Notes: generated from the sequence alone by a model not told the origin. Positions 8,232 through 18,466 are shown, counted from the first letter of the stretch. The stretch: 64,000 bases of DNA from Promethearchaeota archaeon (GCA_016839555.1 JAEOUA010000001.1:80554-144553), one strand, 5' to 3'. Made by a program: numbers and translations.

Positions 8232-9935
8232 TTAGTCTTCAACTGAATCTAAAATAGATTCAATTTTGCTTTGAATGACTTCTGGCTTCTCTGCCTCTTC
8301 GTCTTTTAGTGCCAACTTGCGCTCGTAATTCTCACGGTGAATGGTATTATATGCACAGAATGGAATCTCTAATACCTTGCTTCTGTCATCAGGGTCTATA
8401 ATCCCATAGTGAACCAAGCACCTCTGAACTCGCTCTAAATCGAAGTTATAAGCATCTTGGAAATGCATAGCCCCGATCATTAGGTTTTTCGTGTGTAAAA
8501 ATGTTCCAGCACTTTCTAAACTTGGGGCAAAAACTAATTTTGCAAAACTCTGATATGTTTTATTGGTAAGGATTTTTTGTGGATTTTTAATATATCTGGT
8601 TAATCCCGCAAAATAATATGCCTTCATTATTTGTCTATATCCTACATCAGAAAGCTCATCGACAAATTTACCAATAGTTTCCACGATAATTCCAAATTTT
8701 GATAAATTTAACCCTTTAAAAAATCCCGTTGGTTTTGGAACTTCTTTATTATAGACCATGTCATAGACCTTATTTGTCCATCTAATCAATCCTTCGACAT
8801 CGAAATAATTATCAATACCTTCCCATTCATCATTTTCGTTCACCACAACGATACTTGCAAAGCCGCAATCTTTATGTGAAAGCATGGCCCATTCAGGCTT
8901 ACTATCAAACCAAGCAAGTAGCTTAGTAAATTTACCGGTTGTTGCAAGCGGATAAAACTTCCCAAACTTTCCATTCATATGCTTATTAATAGCAACCTTT
9001 AAGTCTGAGGTGGTATATCGTAAATCCATAAGCTCTTCGAAACTAATACGCCCACAGAGGGAAACAGGTTGAAATACCACTCCCGAAACTACATCGGCAT
9101 TGTCTTTCGCAAAATCAAGAATATTGCCAACTTGATGGTCATTCACTCCTCTTGCTACGGTAGGAACGAGCATTACACCATATTGACCAACTTCACGACA
9201 ATGTTCAATTACTTTCTTTTTTAGAGGCCATAAATTCACACCTCTAATTTTCTTCCAGGTTTCAGGATCATCAGTGGCATCAAATTGTAAATAAATAGCA
9301 TCTACTCCCGCTTCCTGGAGTTTTCTAGTATATTCTAATGATTTTCCCATTCGGACTCCGTTAGTAGATACCATAGTTTCAATAAAGCCTAATTCCTTGG
9401 CTTTTTTTAATATCTCTGGTAAGTCTTCTCGTACGGTTGGTTCTCCTCCTGCTACTTGAAGCATTGGAGGAGCATAAGGTTTCATAGATCTAAAATGTCT
9501 CATTATTTGTACTATTTCATCGAATGTTGGTTCGACAACATATCCTTTTGCCGATGCGTTCGCAAAACATATAGGACACGTCAAATTACAACGATTTGTC
9601 ACATCAATAAGACAGATGCATGGCGCAGTTTTATGATTTTCGCAAATGCCGCAGTCATAAGGGCATCCATTTTTGGTGGGTTTAATACCAGAAGATATAA
9701 ATTCGGGTTTTGAGGTGTTATTTTTTTTGGACCCTATTTCCTCAGTAAATTCAGCAGCCCATTTATATTCATCTGGGTTAATAGATATCTTATCTTTAAA
9801 ATCTCCATGCGATTTACATGTTTTCCTCATCATTACCCAGCCAGTTTCGGAATCCACATAAAGCTCAGCTGGAATCTGTTGAAGACACTCCGGACATAAA
9901 CTTGTTGTCGTACGTATAATTTCCTCTTCAGTCAT
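8232..9935 (-). CDS. Radical SAM enzyme, MJ0619 / tetraether lipid synthase (Tes, GDGT-MAS)-like
   Basis: Radical SAM cluster motif CNLTCPIC (Cx3Cx2C). It is preceded by an auxiliary Cys cluster CPYDCGICENH...C and an N-terminal zinc-ribbon CPEC...CKSH. The 567-aa size and layout fit the MJ0619-type family. The specific Tes assignment is inference. Confidence 0.75.
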   Translation of the reverse strand: MTEEEIIRTTTSLCPECLQQIPAELYVDSETGWVMMRKTCKSHGDFKDKISINPDEYKWAAEFTEEIGSKKNNTSKPEFISSGIKPTKNGCPYDCGICENHKTAPCICLIDVTNRCNLTCPICFANASAKGYVVEPTFDEIVQIMRHFRSMKPYAPPMLQVAGGEPTVREDLPEILKKAKELGFIETMVSTNGVRMGKSLEYTRKLQEAGVDAIYLQFDATDDPETWKKIRGVNLWPLKKKVIEHCREVGQYGVMLVPTVARGVNDHQVGNILDFAKDNADVVSGVVFQPVSLCGRISFEELMDLRYTTSDLKVAINKHMNGKFGKFYPLATTGKFTKLLAWFDSKPEWAMLSHKDCGFASIVVVNENDEWEGIDNYFDVEGLIRWTNKVYDMVYNKEVPKPTGFFKGLNLSKFGIIVETIGKFVDELSDVGYRQIMKAYYFAGLTRYIKNPQKILTNKTYQSFAKLVFAPSLESAGTFLHTKNLMIGAMHFQDAYNFDLERVQRCLVHYGIIDPDDRSKVLEIPFCAYNTIHRENYERKLALKDEEAEKPEVIQSKIESILDSVED

Positions 9936-10113
9936 AATTACATTACCTAATTTCGTGTGTATTAAATTACATTAATTCAAAATTTATTTAATTAAATATT
10001 TCTTGAAATAAATTTAAAATAATGAAGAAGTTAAATAATAAAAAAGAAATTAAATTTTTAAAATTATTAAAAGTATTAAAAGGGTTTTTAATGGAATTTT
10101 AGAAATTGTTATT

Positions 10114-10521
10114 TTGATGTCAATGATTGAACAAAAACCAGGTAATGAAGAAGAAGAGGAGCTTAAACTAGACATAGGAACACTCATTTTTGTTATAGTA
10201 GGATTTGTGGTCTCGTGGATAAACATGATTATTATTTATCAAACCCAAACCAAGAGTACGAATGAATTGTTAAAAATTTTTACCTATTTATCCATAATTT
10301 TTACAACAGTAATTCCTTGTGTGGGGATAGGATTAAAAAATCGGTTGTGGGGGTATGGCTATATAATTGGATTTGCTATAGCAGGAGTTCCATTTCTATT
10401 TATTGTAGACCTTTTTATTGGAGCGTACACATCAGCAACAACTCTTTTTCTCTTTATAATTTTATGGCTTATCTTTTGGAAAACGTGGAGATCGCTCCAC
10501 AACATTAGATATTTCGATTAA
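10114..10521 (+). CDS. Small integral membrane protein (about 4 TM)
   Basis: Four hydrophobic stretches. No recognisable family. Confidence 0.55.
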   Translation: MMSMIEQKPGNEEEEELKLDIGTLIFVIVGFVVSWINMIIIYQTQTKSTNELLKIFTYLSIIFTTVIPCVGIGLKNRLWGYGYIIGFAIAGVPFLFIVDLFIGAYTSATTLFLFIILWLIFWKTWRSLHNIRYFD

Positions 10522-10607
10522 AATTAAAATTCTTTTTGTTATATGTGTTTTTTAATCAGTATCATAAATAAAATAACAAAAAAATAGGACTGCAAAAAAA
10601 GCTTCCA

Positions 10608-10808
10608 TTATGCCAAATGCACCATTAAACGCCCATATAAATCTGCCATAACAGCAGCAGACCCTTCATGTCTCGCTGTTATTACATTTATCCCTTTTTG
10701 ATGTATCGCATCCATTAGAAATTGTGTATAACCTCCCGGCAATCCGAATATATGATTGATACCCGTTTCTTTTAAAATGTCAGCCACTAAATCAATGACT
10801 CTAACCAT
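10608..10808 (-). pseudogene. 5' remnant of a thiamine-diphosphate enzyme (acetolactate synthase-like, TPP_enzyme_N)
   Basis: The 66-aa ORF ADILKETGINHIFGLPGG...ITARHEGSAAVMADLYGR matches only the first ~60 aa of the ~550-aa TPP enzymes. It then diverges and stops, with no continuation downstream. Confidence 0.6.
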
Positions 10809-11086
10809 CTCTACAAACTCTCTTTAATTTACGTTTTTGATTTTTATTATAAATATTATTTTATAAGATCACGATTAAGAATTTATAATTAATTCAAATA
10901 ACACTGATAAATTTTTTTTTAAATATATCAATATAAATTTAAAATTTCTTTAAATTAATAAAGGAAATTGAAATTCGAATATAAAGCAATAAGATTTTCT
11001 CATATATTTCATTTTTTTTATTTTGTATGAAATTATATATAGCTAAAATCATTATAAGAAATTAAAAAAATTTTTGTGAAAGAATT

Positions 11087-12037
11087 GTGGAACTTAAAGA
11101 GATAGCTAATAATATTTTTGCATGCTTGCAAGAAGATAAAGGATTTGGATGGAATAATACCGGATTCATTAATCTTGGTGGAGGCTTAATTATTGATACT
11201 TGTTATGATTTAAACTATACGAAAAATATGATAGAACTTATTAAAGGGATATATTCTGGACCAATTCGCCGAGTTGTAAATACCCATCATAACGGAGATC
11301 ATACATGGGGCAATCAACTTTTTAAAGATTCTGAAATTATAGCTCATCGTCTCTGTGCGGAAGAAATGGAAAAGGAAAAAGCGCGTAATTTACCTGGACT
11401 ACTTCAGACTGGTATAAAGAGACCACATAGGTTTCCATCTGATATGAAATGGTTTATTGATGATATCAGTGAATTTGATTATTCTGAGGTTGAAATCACA
11501 CTACCAAATCATTTAATCGAAAATAGGTTAGATCTAGAATTAGATAATCTCATTTGTCAAATTATTTATGTTAGTCCAGCACACACATCAAATGATTTAA
11601 TCGTCAATATTCCCGATGAAAAAATCGTCTTTTCTGGTGATATTGTTTTTCATAAAACAACCCCCTTAGGCTGGGAAGGTACCCACCAAAAATGGATAGA
11701 AGCTTTGGATTTAATTATTTCTATGAATCCCAAAATTATTGTTCCTGGGCATGGTCCTCTGTGTGATGTAGATGGTGTAAAAAAATTGCGTGAGTATTTT
11801 GAGTTTGTCTATTCTGAAGCTAAGCGTTTTTATGATGAGGGATTGGCTCCTTTGGAAGCATCAAAACGAATTGATCTAGGTCCTTATAAAGAGTGGACCG
11901 AACCAGAACGATTAATTTTCAACGTTAATAGAGCTTATCGCGAATTTAAAAAAGAGGAGCCATGGGATGCTCCATTCAACGAAATTGATCTTTTATCCAA
12001 AGGTGGCAAATTAAGAGCTTACTGGGAAAAGAATTAA
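11087..12037 (+). CDS. Metallo-beta-lactamase fold hydrolase
   Basis: NTHHNGDH (a variant of HxHxDH), followed by SPAHTSND, FSGDIVF and VPGHG in the usual MBL order. Confidence 0.8.
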   Translation: MELKEIANNIFACLQEDKGFGWNNTGFINLGGGLIIDTCYDLNYTKNMIELIKGIYSGPIRRVVNTHHNGDHTWGNQLFKDSEIIAHRLCAEEMEKEKARNLPGLLQTGIKRPHRFPSDMKWFIDDISEFDYSEVEITLPNHLIENRLDLELDNLICQIIYVSPAHTSNDLIVNIPDEKIVFSGDIVFHKTTPLGWEGTHQKWIEALDLIISMNPKIIVPGHGPLCDVDGVKKLREYFEFVYSEAKRFYDEGLAPLEASKRIDLGPYKEWTEPERLIFNVNRAYREFKKEEPWDAPFNEIDLLSKGGKLRAYWEKN

Positions 12038-12136
12038 AACAAATAAAATAAATTTGAGAGAAAATTATTTGAAATAAAATAGTGTAAAAATCAGAAATTA
12101 ATTTCAAGTGATTCCTAGACTCCTATAGATAAATAC

Positions 12137-12763
12137 TTAATCTTGGAAGCCTTTTTTATTATATTCCAAGGGGACTCCAAAAGTATTAAGAAACATAGCT
12201 AATGCGTTGTATTGCCCAACGAGAAAAATTAGATCCATGATCTGTTCTTCATTATACCTTTCATTCAATGCTTTCCAAGTTGGATCAGTTATAAAAGCAT
12301 CAGCATAGAGTTCATCCACAGTCAGGACTAATAACGCATCAAATGGGTCCCATCTTTCTGGGTCAGCCCCTTTTTTAATAAGATTTATTTCCTCCTCACT
12401 AAGTCCTGCATTCTTTCCCAATAAAACATGTTGACCCCATTCATATTCTGAATAACAGAGCCAAGCTGTGCGTAGGATTAATATCTCCCGATCTCTCTCA
12501 GGAAGGGATAGTTTTGAGCTTATTTGTCTTAAAGACATCATGAACCGCATTGTTATATCAGAGTTTCTCATCATGGTAGAATATACATTGAGGCCAAATA
12601 AAGCATGTGATACAGGATTTTCTATTAATAAATTAACCTTTTTTTCCCATTCTGATTTGTTTACGAGATCTTTATTTATTTTTCGAGCCTCTTTTATATC
12701 TAAAGGTGGGATCCTAGGTTCTGAAAGCCTTATACGATTAGGAACATTAATCTTACGACCCAA
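12137..12763 (-). CDS. Carboxymuconolactone decarboxylase (CMD/AhpD-like) family protein
   Basis: The pattern ERDREILILRTAWLCYSEYEWGQHVLLGKNAGLSEEEI is typical of CMD-family proteins. Confidence 0.7.
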   Translation of the reverse strand: MGRKINVPNRIRLSEPRIPPLDIKEARKINKDLVNKSEWEKKVNLLIENPVSHALFGLNVYSTMMRNSDITMRFMMSLRQISSKLSLPERDREILILRTAWLCYSEYEWGQHVLLGKNAGLSEEEINLIKKGADPERWDPFDALLVLTVDELYADAFITDPTWKALNERYNEEQIMDLIFLVGQYNALAMFLNTFGVPLEYNKKGFQD

Positions 12764-13048
12764 AGAAGCTTCATCATTTTTTTTTAATTTAGCTCACCTT
12801 TAAATTTATGTTTTTTTTTTAATTAATCCTTAAGATGTACTTTCATTTAAATTTTGTGTAAGTTACAAAACTTAAAATGGCTTTTTTTATTGGATGTCTC
12901 TCAGTTTAATCACATTATTTCTAAACTGTTTTTTATCTCCTCTTTACCTTTAATAATAAATAATATTTTCTAAAAAACCCGTATATTATTATTGTTTAAT
13001 ATTTTTTTATATCAAAAGATAAATGAAAAATTTTAATTAGTAAAATAG

Positions 13049-13981
13049 ATGACACATCAATTTGAATATAAAGATTATTGGTTTAATTATGTTCTCGATG
13101 AAGATCCCCGAAAAATTAAAGATTTGATTAGAGAGGAATATATAACATCGCAAGGAATTAAGATCCACTTAGATATTTATGATGATAAGAGTAAAAATTT
13201 AGAAAAAACAGTAATTTTTTCTCATGGAACTTCGGTCTATTCAAGATTCTATGCTGAATGGTTATATAATCTTTATCAAAATGGATTTAGAATCGTAGCT
13301 CCAGATTTGCCTGGACATGGTTTAAGTGGGGGTGAGAGGGGACACTTTACAATGGAAATGTTTACTCAAACGATGTATGATGTAAACAGTTGGGTAATTG
13401 ATAATTTTGGAGAAAAGAATGCCGTTATGGGCTCTAGTTTGGGAGGGATAAATGCTCTCTATTCAGCAGCTTACGATGATGACCGATTAAAGGGTGCCGT
13501 ATGCCATAATGCTGCAATTTTTAATGAAAAAGCTTATAAAAAAATTATAGATATGACTTTCCTGCTTAGAATGCTTCTACCATTGGTTCCAATAACTGCA
13601 AAAATAGCACCAAAATTACATTTTAGCGTATTTTTATACTTGGATTTTTATCGTTTGTGTAAAACAGAAAGATTATTAGAGCGTATCCCTCTTATTTTAG
13701 AAGATGAGATATTTGCAGATAAATACACTGCTATGGGATTAAGAACCCAGTTAAGAGCACCACTTGCAAAACCAGTTGAAGAGATCAAAACACCTATAAT
13801 GATTATTAATGGAGATGAGGATGCACTCTTTTCAGAAGATTATATGCGAGAAATCTATGAACGTTTAACATGCTCTAATAAGGAATTGCAAATTATAGAA
13901 AATGCTTCTCATCTAATATTTCAAGAAAATATCCCAGAAGCATTGGAACGTATTGTTCCATGGTTAAATAAGGTATTATAA
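13049..13981 (+). CDS. Alpha/beta hydrolase (lysophospholipase/monoacylglycerol lipase-like)
   Basis: HG oxyanion motif (FSHGT), nucleophile elbow GSSLGG, a C-terminal GDEDALF, and a His in ENASHL. Confidence 0.8.
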   Translation: MTHQFEYKDYWFNYVLDEDPRKIKDLIREEYITSQGIKIHLDIYDDKSKNLEKTVIFSHGTSVYSRFYAEWLYNLYQNGFRIVAPDLPGHGLSGGERGHFTMEMFTQTMYDVNSWVIDNFGEKNAVMGSSLGGINALYSAAYDDDRLKGAVCHNAAIFNEKAYKKIIDMTFLLRMLLPLVPITAKIAPKLHFSVFLYLDFYRLCKTERLLERIPLILEDEIFADKYTAMGLRTQLRAPLAKPVEEIKTPIMIINGDEDALFSEDYMREIYERLTCSNKELQIIENASHLIFQENIPEALERIVPWLNKVL

Positions 13982-14013
13982 AAAAGGAGTATTAAAGAAA
14001 TTTGAATAATAAT

Positions 14014-14469
14014 TTAAGATAATAATTTTACATCCTCGATTTTTACTTCAACAACTTTGTCAAGTACCATAAACTTTTTTTTAATTTTATCAAGGAGTTC
14101 TGAATTTAAAGAATCTGCTTTTACATAAGATTCATAATAGCAATCACCAAGATCGAAGCATAATCCTGTTGTATGAAGAATTTCTTTACTTAAATTTAAC
14201 TCCTTTAAGATACTCGATATACCTTTTACCAAATTCGGTGAAAAATCTTCAATTTTGATTAGCATCTTCTTAATCTGATTATTGGAAATAGGAAAGCAAT
14301 TAATTTTTATTACGTCTTTTCTTGGAATAAAAATTAGCAGATAGTAAGGCGATTTAATAACTTCCTTTTTAATTTCATCTGGGAATAAATTATTAGTTTT
14401 TAATTCTTCGTTATCTATAATCAGACCTATAGATATCTTATTTCTTTCCGCTTGATTATCACTACTCAT
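14014..14469 (-). CDS. Hypothetical protein (C-terminal ACT-like pattern?)
   Basis: Clean 151-aa ORF. No confident family. Confidence 0.45.
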   Translation of the reverse strand: MSSDNQAERNKISIGLIIDNEELKTNNLFPDEIKKEVIKSPYYLLIFIPRKDVIKINCFPISNNQIKKMLIKIEDFSPNLVKGISSILKELNLSKEILHTTGLCFDLGDCYYESYVKADSLNSELLDKIKKKFMVLDKVVEVKIEDVKLLS

Positions 14470-14708
14470 ACTTAATCCATTAAATAGATTCTTTAATTAT
14501 TAATATAAACTTTCTCATATAAAATTGACTTTCTTCTTATATTAGAATATGTATTTTTAGATAATATTTTATACATTATATCCTCGTATTATTTGAATCT
14601 TGCCTACATACTATATCAATTTTTAATTTAAACTCATTTTTTATATATTAAATTTAATTATATGAACTTTTAATTAGATTTCTTCAATAAATTAGGATAT
14701 CAAATAGT

Positions 14709-15200
14709 ATGGATCATTATTATTCATATGGATTTAAAGCTGATAGCTATGAAATACATAAAAATCTGTTTCATGCGATTTATTTTGTAGATTATATTAG
14801 TGGATCACTCTTATTGAGTACCAAATTTTCTGAGAATTCAAAGGTTTGTAGGACGAATGAAGATCTTATCAGTAGCTTTCTAAATGCTATTAATCTTTTC
14901 ATTAGAGAAATAAGTGAAAATAGAGACAATAGAGACGAAATTCAGGAGATAAATTTTAAAGATACGAGAATTTTATATGAACGCAGGGGTAGACTCATGA
15001 TCATAGCCATTTCGAAGAAAAATAATATTAAAATAGAAAGAGAGATTTTAAAAATAATTTCAGAGGATTTTTACAGTCGCTTTGAGCAAAAAATTAAAAA
15101 TTTCAGAGGATTTATTGATAATGATATATTAAATTATAAAAATATCCTAAATACTTTGGATTTTCACAAGTTTTTTAGTTTAGATAAAGAATTGTATTAA
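14709..15200 (+). CDS. Hypothetical protein, possible longin/roadblock-like (SNARE-like fold) domain
   Basis: The layout resembles AP-sigma/longin-type domains: FHAIYFVDYISGSLLLSTKF ... LISSFLNAINLFIREI ... ILYERRGRLMIIAISKKN ... ILKIISEDFYSRF. This is weak pattern-level recognition. Confidence 0.4.
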   Translation: MDHYYSYGFKADSYEIHKNLFHAIYFVDYISGSLLLSTKFSENSKVCRTNEDLISSFLNAINLFIREISENRDNRDEIQEINFKDTRILYERRGRLMIIAISKKNNIKIEREILKIISEDFYSRFEQKIKNFRGFIDNDILNYKNILNTLDFHKFFSLDKELY

Positions 15201-15240
15201 AAAAAAGTCTTATGTACAGGCTGATCTAATTAATATTTTT

Positions 15241-15999
15241 TCACTTAATACTTATAGGTTTTAATTCTTCTTCTGGCATGGAGGCCATTAATGAAATTAC
15301 CGTTAATTTCATCTTAAGCATTTCTAGCACTTCCTCCCATAATTTTTGACAATGCTCAGACTCACCAGAAAGCCCAAAACTGTTTATTAATTCATTAAAC
15401 TTAGATTCCAACCCTTTTTCTAATAATTCTTGGTTTTCTAAAGAAAGTTTTTGGGTTTCTAACCATTTATCAATTGATCTCTTTATTTGTATTTCCTCTT
15501 CTGAATTAAGTACATAGGTAACCTCTACCTCCTCATAATCTTCAATCTTTTCAACATACTCCTCATCCCCATATAAAGGTTTTATAAGGAGACTTAGATT
15601 GATAATTAAAGGTTCAAGTTTCAATCTTCCAAGGGATTCCGTTAAAACATTCAGCACGATATCTTGCTGGGAGATTTTAGAATAAGTTATATATTCTTGA
15701 ATAAAACGCATTATAATATTTTTAATTAGCAATTCTTCAAAATCTGCTAAGGATTTTACTTCAAACTCTAAGGTTTTTTTAAGAGTGATAAACACGGATT
15801 TCATAAATAGAGGGATTTCCTTAAAAATAACAAAATGTTGGATAAATTGGTACGTGTAATCCAATAAGTTTAGTTTAAACCCTTCGGTATAGTCTCTCTC
15901 TTCAAGAATTGCTTCGAGTTCCGTATGATCCTCTGGGATAGATAAAAATTGCTTTATTTTGTTACAGCTTTCTTGAATATAAGTTGAAACCATTCTCAA
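15241..15999 (-). CDS. Hypothetical all-alpha acidic protein
   Basis: 252-aa ORF with coding-like composition. No family recognised. Confidence 0.45.
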   Translation of the reverse strand: MRMVSTYIQESCNKIKQFLSIPEDHTELEAILEERDYTEGFKLNLLDYTYQFIQHFVIFKEIPLFMKSVFITLKKTLEFEVKSLADFEELLIKNIIMRFIQEYITYSKISQQDIVLNVLTESLGRLKLEPLIINLSLLIKPLYGDEEYVEKIEDYEEVEVTYVLNSEEEIQIKRSIDKWLETQKLSLENQELLEKGLESKFNELINSFGLSGESEHCQKLWEEVLEMLKMKLTVISLMASMPEEELKPISIK

Positions 16000-16285
16000 T
16001 AAATAAAATAATATAAATTCTTTTTAAATTTTTCTTTTCAATAGGAGTTTATTTATTTGTATTTCTAATTTTTATAGTATTTTAAAGCTCTGTTTTGAAA
16101 AAAGTGCTGGAGTTAATGCTTTTGAACCATTTAATTTGGATAATATTAATAGCTACGCTGCTTTAATCGATGAAATTGGTACCAAATCAAATGCAGATAA
16201 ATTCAATAGTTAATTTCAAATCCATCATTAAGATTTAATTTAAATATAAAGCAATCGAAATCAATTTAATCAATGCTTTCTATTA

Positions 16286-17617
16286 TTATAATGGCGTTAA
16301 TGCTGTAGAACCGTGCTTTTGAGCCGCATCAATGATTTCCATTATTTTTTCTTGTGGAATTGGAACTAAGTCAAATACAGTCATACCTGATAATTTCAAT
16401 TCTGCTTTTACTGTTTCAGCTAGATTATTGCAATCACCAGAGAAATGTACTTTCCTCTTACCGAATTCTTTCTTGAGTTTCTCGCCAACTTCATCTATAG
16501 CACAATAGCCTGCTACTAAGCCTTTAGTATATCCTTCTTCTTTTAATTGTTCTATAAGATTATTATTGTGACCTTTTCCCATTATAATGAACCATTTCTC
16601 AGGCTTAAATTTCTCAGGATAATCATAAGCTAACATTTGCAAAGTTGCTAACGGATTATTTTGACACCCTTCTCTACATAATAATTTCGTGCCTTTCACA
16701 ATTTTAACATTTTCAGGAAATTCTTGGAGTAAGTCCCACTCGTATTTTTCTTTGTAGTCCTCTAAATTTTTTCCGATAACATTGATCTTGCTTAAATCAC
16801 CTTCGCCTAATCCTCTCTCGTATGCTATTTTTAAATGAGGTATCTCGTCAATTGTTAACCCAAATACTCTTGCCCCTACTACATCGACGGCTAAAGTGTC
16901 CCTTCCTCCGATTAAAATATTAAATTGCTTAACAAGGCGATCTTCAAACGCAGTTGGTGGGTAATGCCCATGAATGGTACCCTCTGTTCCGTCAATAATA
17001 GTTATGTCTGGCTGGATATACTCATATACATCAACCAGCTTTGAATGTAAATTATAGTTATGATCTTTGCCCCGGTCTTCGTGTTGGGGAAATCCCCATT
17101 GATTCTTTATACCAAGCGTTACTCCTGCCATTGAATGAGTTTTCAGTTTCGGTAAATTTATATAGGTGATAGAATCCCTATTATTGATGATTTTTACGAT
17201 CGTTGCTGGCAACCTGAAAGTCTTTAAATTGTATCCTTTTGCATCTTCTTTAACGCTTTTTTTGCCCTTGAATTCAAAGGTTTCTGTATCATTTTCATCC
17301 AGATATATGATTTTTGCGCCTTTTTTTTCACACACTTCTCTATATCCTGTCATCTCGAAAACAATTCGAGTCATATTTCCTTGAGTCGAATTTTCCATTA
17401 CAATAACTTTCGCACCAATTCCTTGTAGATATTCTATTACCTTCTCTAATACTTCGGGAGAAGTATAACAATGTTTCCTGAAATCTATGCCATTAACTTT
17501 AATATAAACTTCCTTTGAGCTTTTTAAAATGGGTTCGGATTTTTCAAGATTTGAAAAAATTTCTTTAACAGCCGATTTTAACCCTTTTTTCGTATCAGAA
17601 ATGTATACATCTGTCAT
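16286..17617 (-). CDS. DUF362 domain protein
   Basis: The N-terminal pattern VYIKVNG...TSPEVLEKVIEYL...GAKVIVMEN and the central LPKLKTHSMAGVTLGIKN fit DUF362. Confidence 0.7.
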   Translation of the reverse strand: MTDVYISDTKKGLKSAVKEIFSNLEKSEPILKSSKEVYIKVNGIDFRKHCYTSPEVLEKVIEYLQGIGAKVIVMENSTQGNMTRIVFEMTGYREVCEKKGAKIIYLDENDTETFEFKGKKSVKEDAKGYNLKTFRLPATIVKIINNRDSITYINLPKLKTHSMAGVTLGIKNQWGFPQHEDRGKDHNYNLHSKLVDVYEYIQPDITIIDGTEGTIHGHYPPTAFEDRLVKQFNILIGGRDTLAVDVVGARVFGLTIDEIPHLKIAYERGLGEGDLSKINVIGKNLEDYKEKYEWDLLQEFPENVKIVKGTKLLCREGCQNNPLATLQMLAYDYPEKFKPEKWFIIMGKGHNNNLIEQLKEEGYTKGLVAGYCAIDEVGEKLKKEFGKRKVHFSGDCNNLAETVKAELKLSGMTVFDLVPIPQEKIMEIIDAAQKHGSTALTPL

Positions 17618-17741
17618 TATTTATTCATTTCCTATCATTTTATAATTAATATTAATTAGGGATGAAATAATATAAGATTTTTGATATAATTATGATAAAG
17701 AACAATAGAAATCACAAGAGAATCTTATTTATCTATAACGA

Positions 17742-17814
17742 ATATCGAAAAGGGTAAAACTTATATTATATAATAGAAATATTATTATTTTCGATATATT
17801 TTTATTCGATATAT
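17742..17814. promoter_or_regulatory. Candidate operator: three copies of TTCGATAT upstream of the padR-ABC operon
   Basis: TTCGATATAT occurs as a direct repeat at 17790-17799 and 17805-17814. An inverted copy, ATATCGAA, lies at 17742-17749. All are 68-140 nt upstream of the padR start at 17882. Confidence 0.35.
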
Positions 17815-17881
17815 ACCTATCAAATTATAGAAAAATTGAAATTTATATCAATTGAATTGAATTATTGCTTATTTTAAGCTT

Positions 17882-18463
17882 ATGACTCAGAGACTCAACA
17901 AAACAGCAGAAAAATTGGGAGAACAGATGAAAAAAGGGTTTATTAGTCATCTAATCCTCCTTGTTTTAAATAATAAACCTTTCCATGGCTATAAAATTAT
18001 TCAAGAAATCGATAATCGCACTTTGGGGATGTGGAATCCCTCTACTTCTACTATTTATCATATATTGGAATTATTAGAAAAGAAAGAATTGATAGAATGC
18101 ATTGAGAAGCAATCCGAAGGGAGACAAAAAAAGGTTTATGCGATTACGGAAAAAGGAAGAAGTGCTTTAAAATTGCTAATTAATATATATAAAAATATGC
18201 AAGAAACGATGAAACGGATGATTCTTTCAAGTATTAGCCTAACTGAAGAAATAGATGAAAAAAAAGTTGAATACTTTTTACCACATGATCTTCATTTATT
18301 AAATATCAAGGAACTGGGTCCTCTGGATGATCAATTGCGTTCGTTAAAAATGAAAAAAATAATGATCACAGAACGCTTAAAACAGCTTAAGAGAGCAATA
18401 AGGCAAATTGATATTGAAATTGATCGGTTATCGATTAAATTAAAGAATCAGGAGAATAAATAA
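17882..18463 (+). CDS. PadR-family transcriptional regulator with a coiled-coil C-terminus
   Basis: Winged-helix pattern LILLVLNNKPFHGYKIIQEI...STIYHILELLEKKELIE...KKVYAITEKGRSAL. Confidence 0.8.
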   Translation: MTQRLNKTAEKLGEQMKKGFISHLILLVLNNKPFHGYKIIQEIDNRTLGMWNPSTSTIYHILELLEKKELIECIEKQSEGRQKKVYAITEKGRSALKLLINIYKNMQETMKRMILSSISLTEEIDEKKVEYFLPHDLHLLNIKELGPLDDQLRSLKMKKIMITERLKQLKRAIRQIDIEIDRLSIKLKNQENK

Positions 18464-18466
18464 AAA

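Noticed and set aside
11270-11300. The MBL hydrolase metal motif reads HHNGDH, not HxHxDH, which could mean a degenerate active site.
   Set aside because: The motif register cannot be fixed without an alignment, and the downstream His/Asp/His ligand positions look normal. This is noted in the feature evidence only.
16028-16213. An open frame whose 3' part (SAGVNAFEPFNLDNINSYAALIDEIGTKSNADKFNS*) looks like a real protein C-terminus.
   Set aside because: There is no ATG, GTG or TTG start in frame between the upstream stop (16025-16027) and the end, and no family is recognised. It is possibly a gene remnant but cannot be supported.
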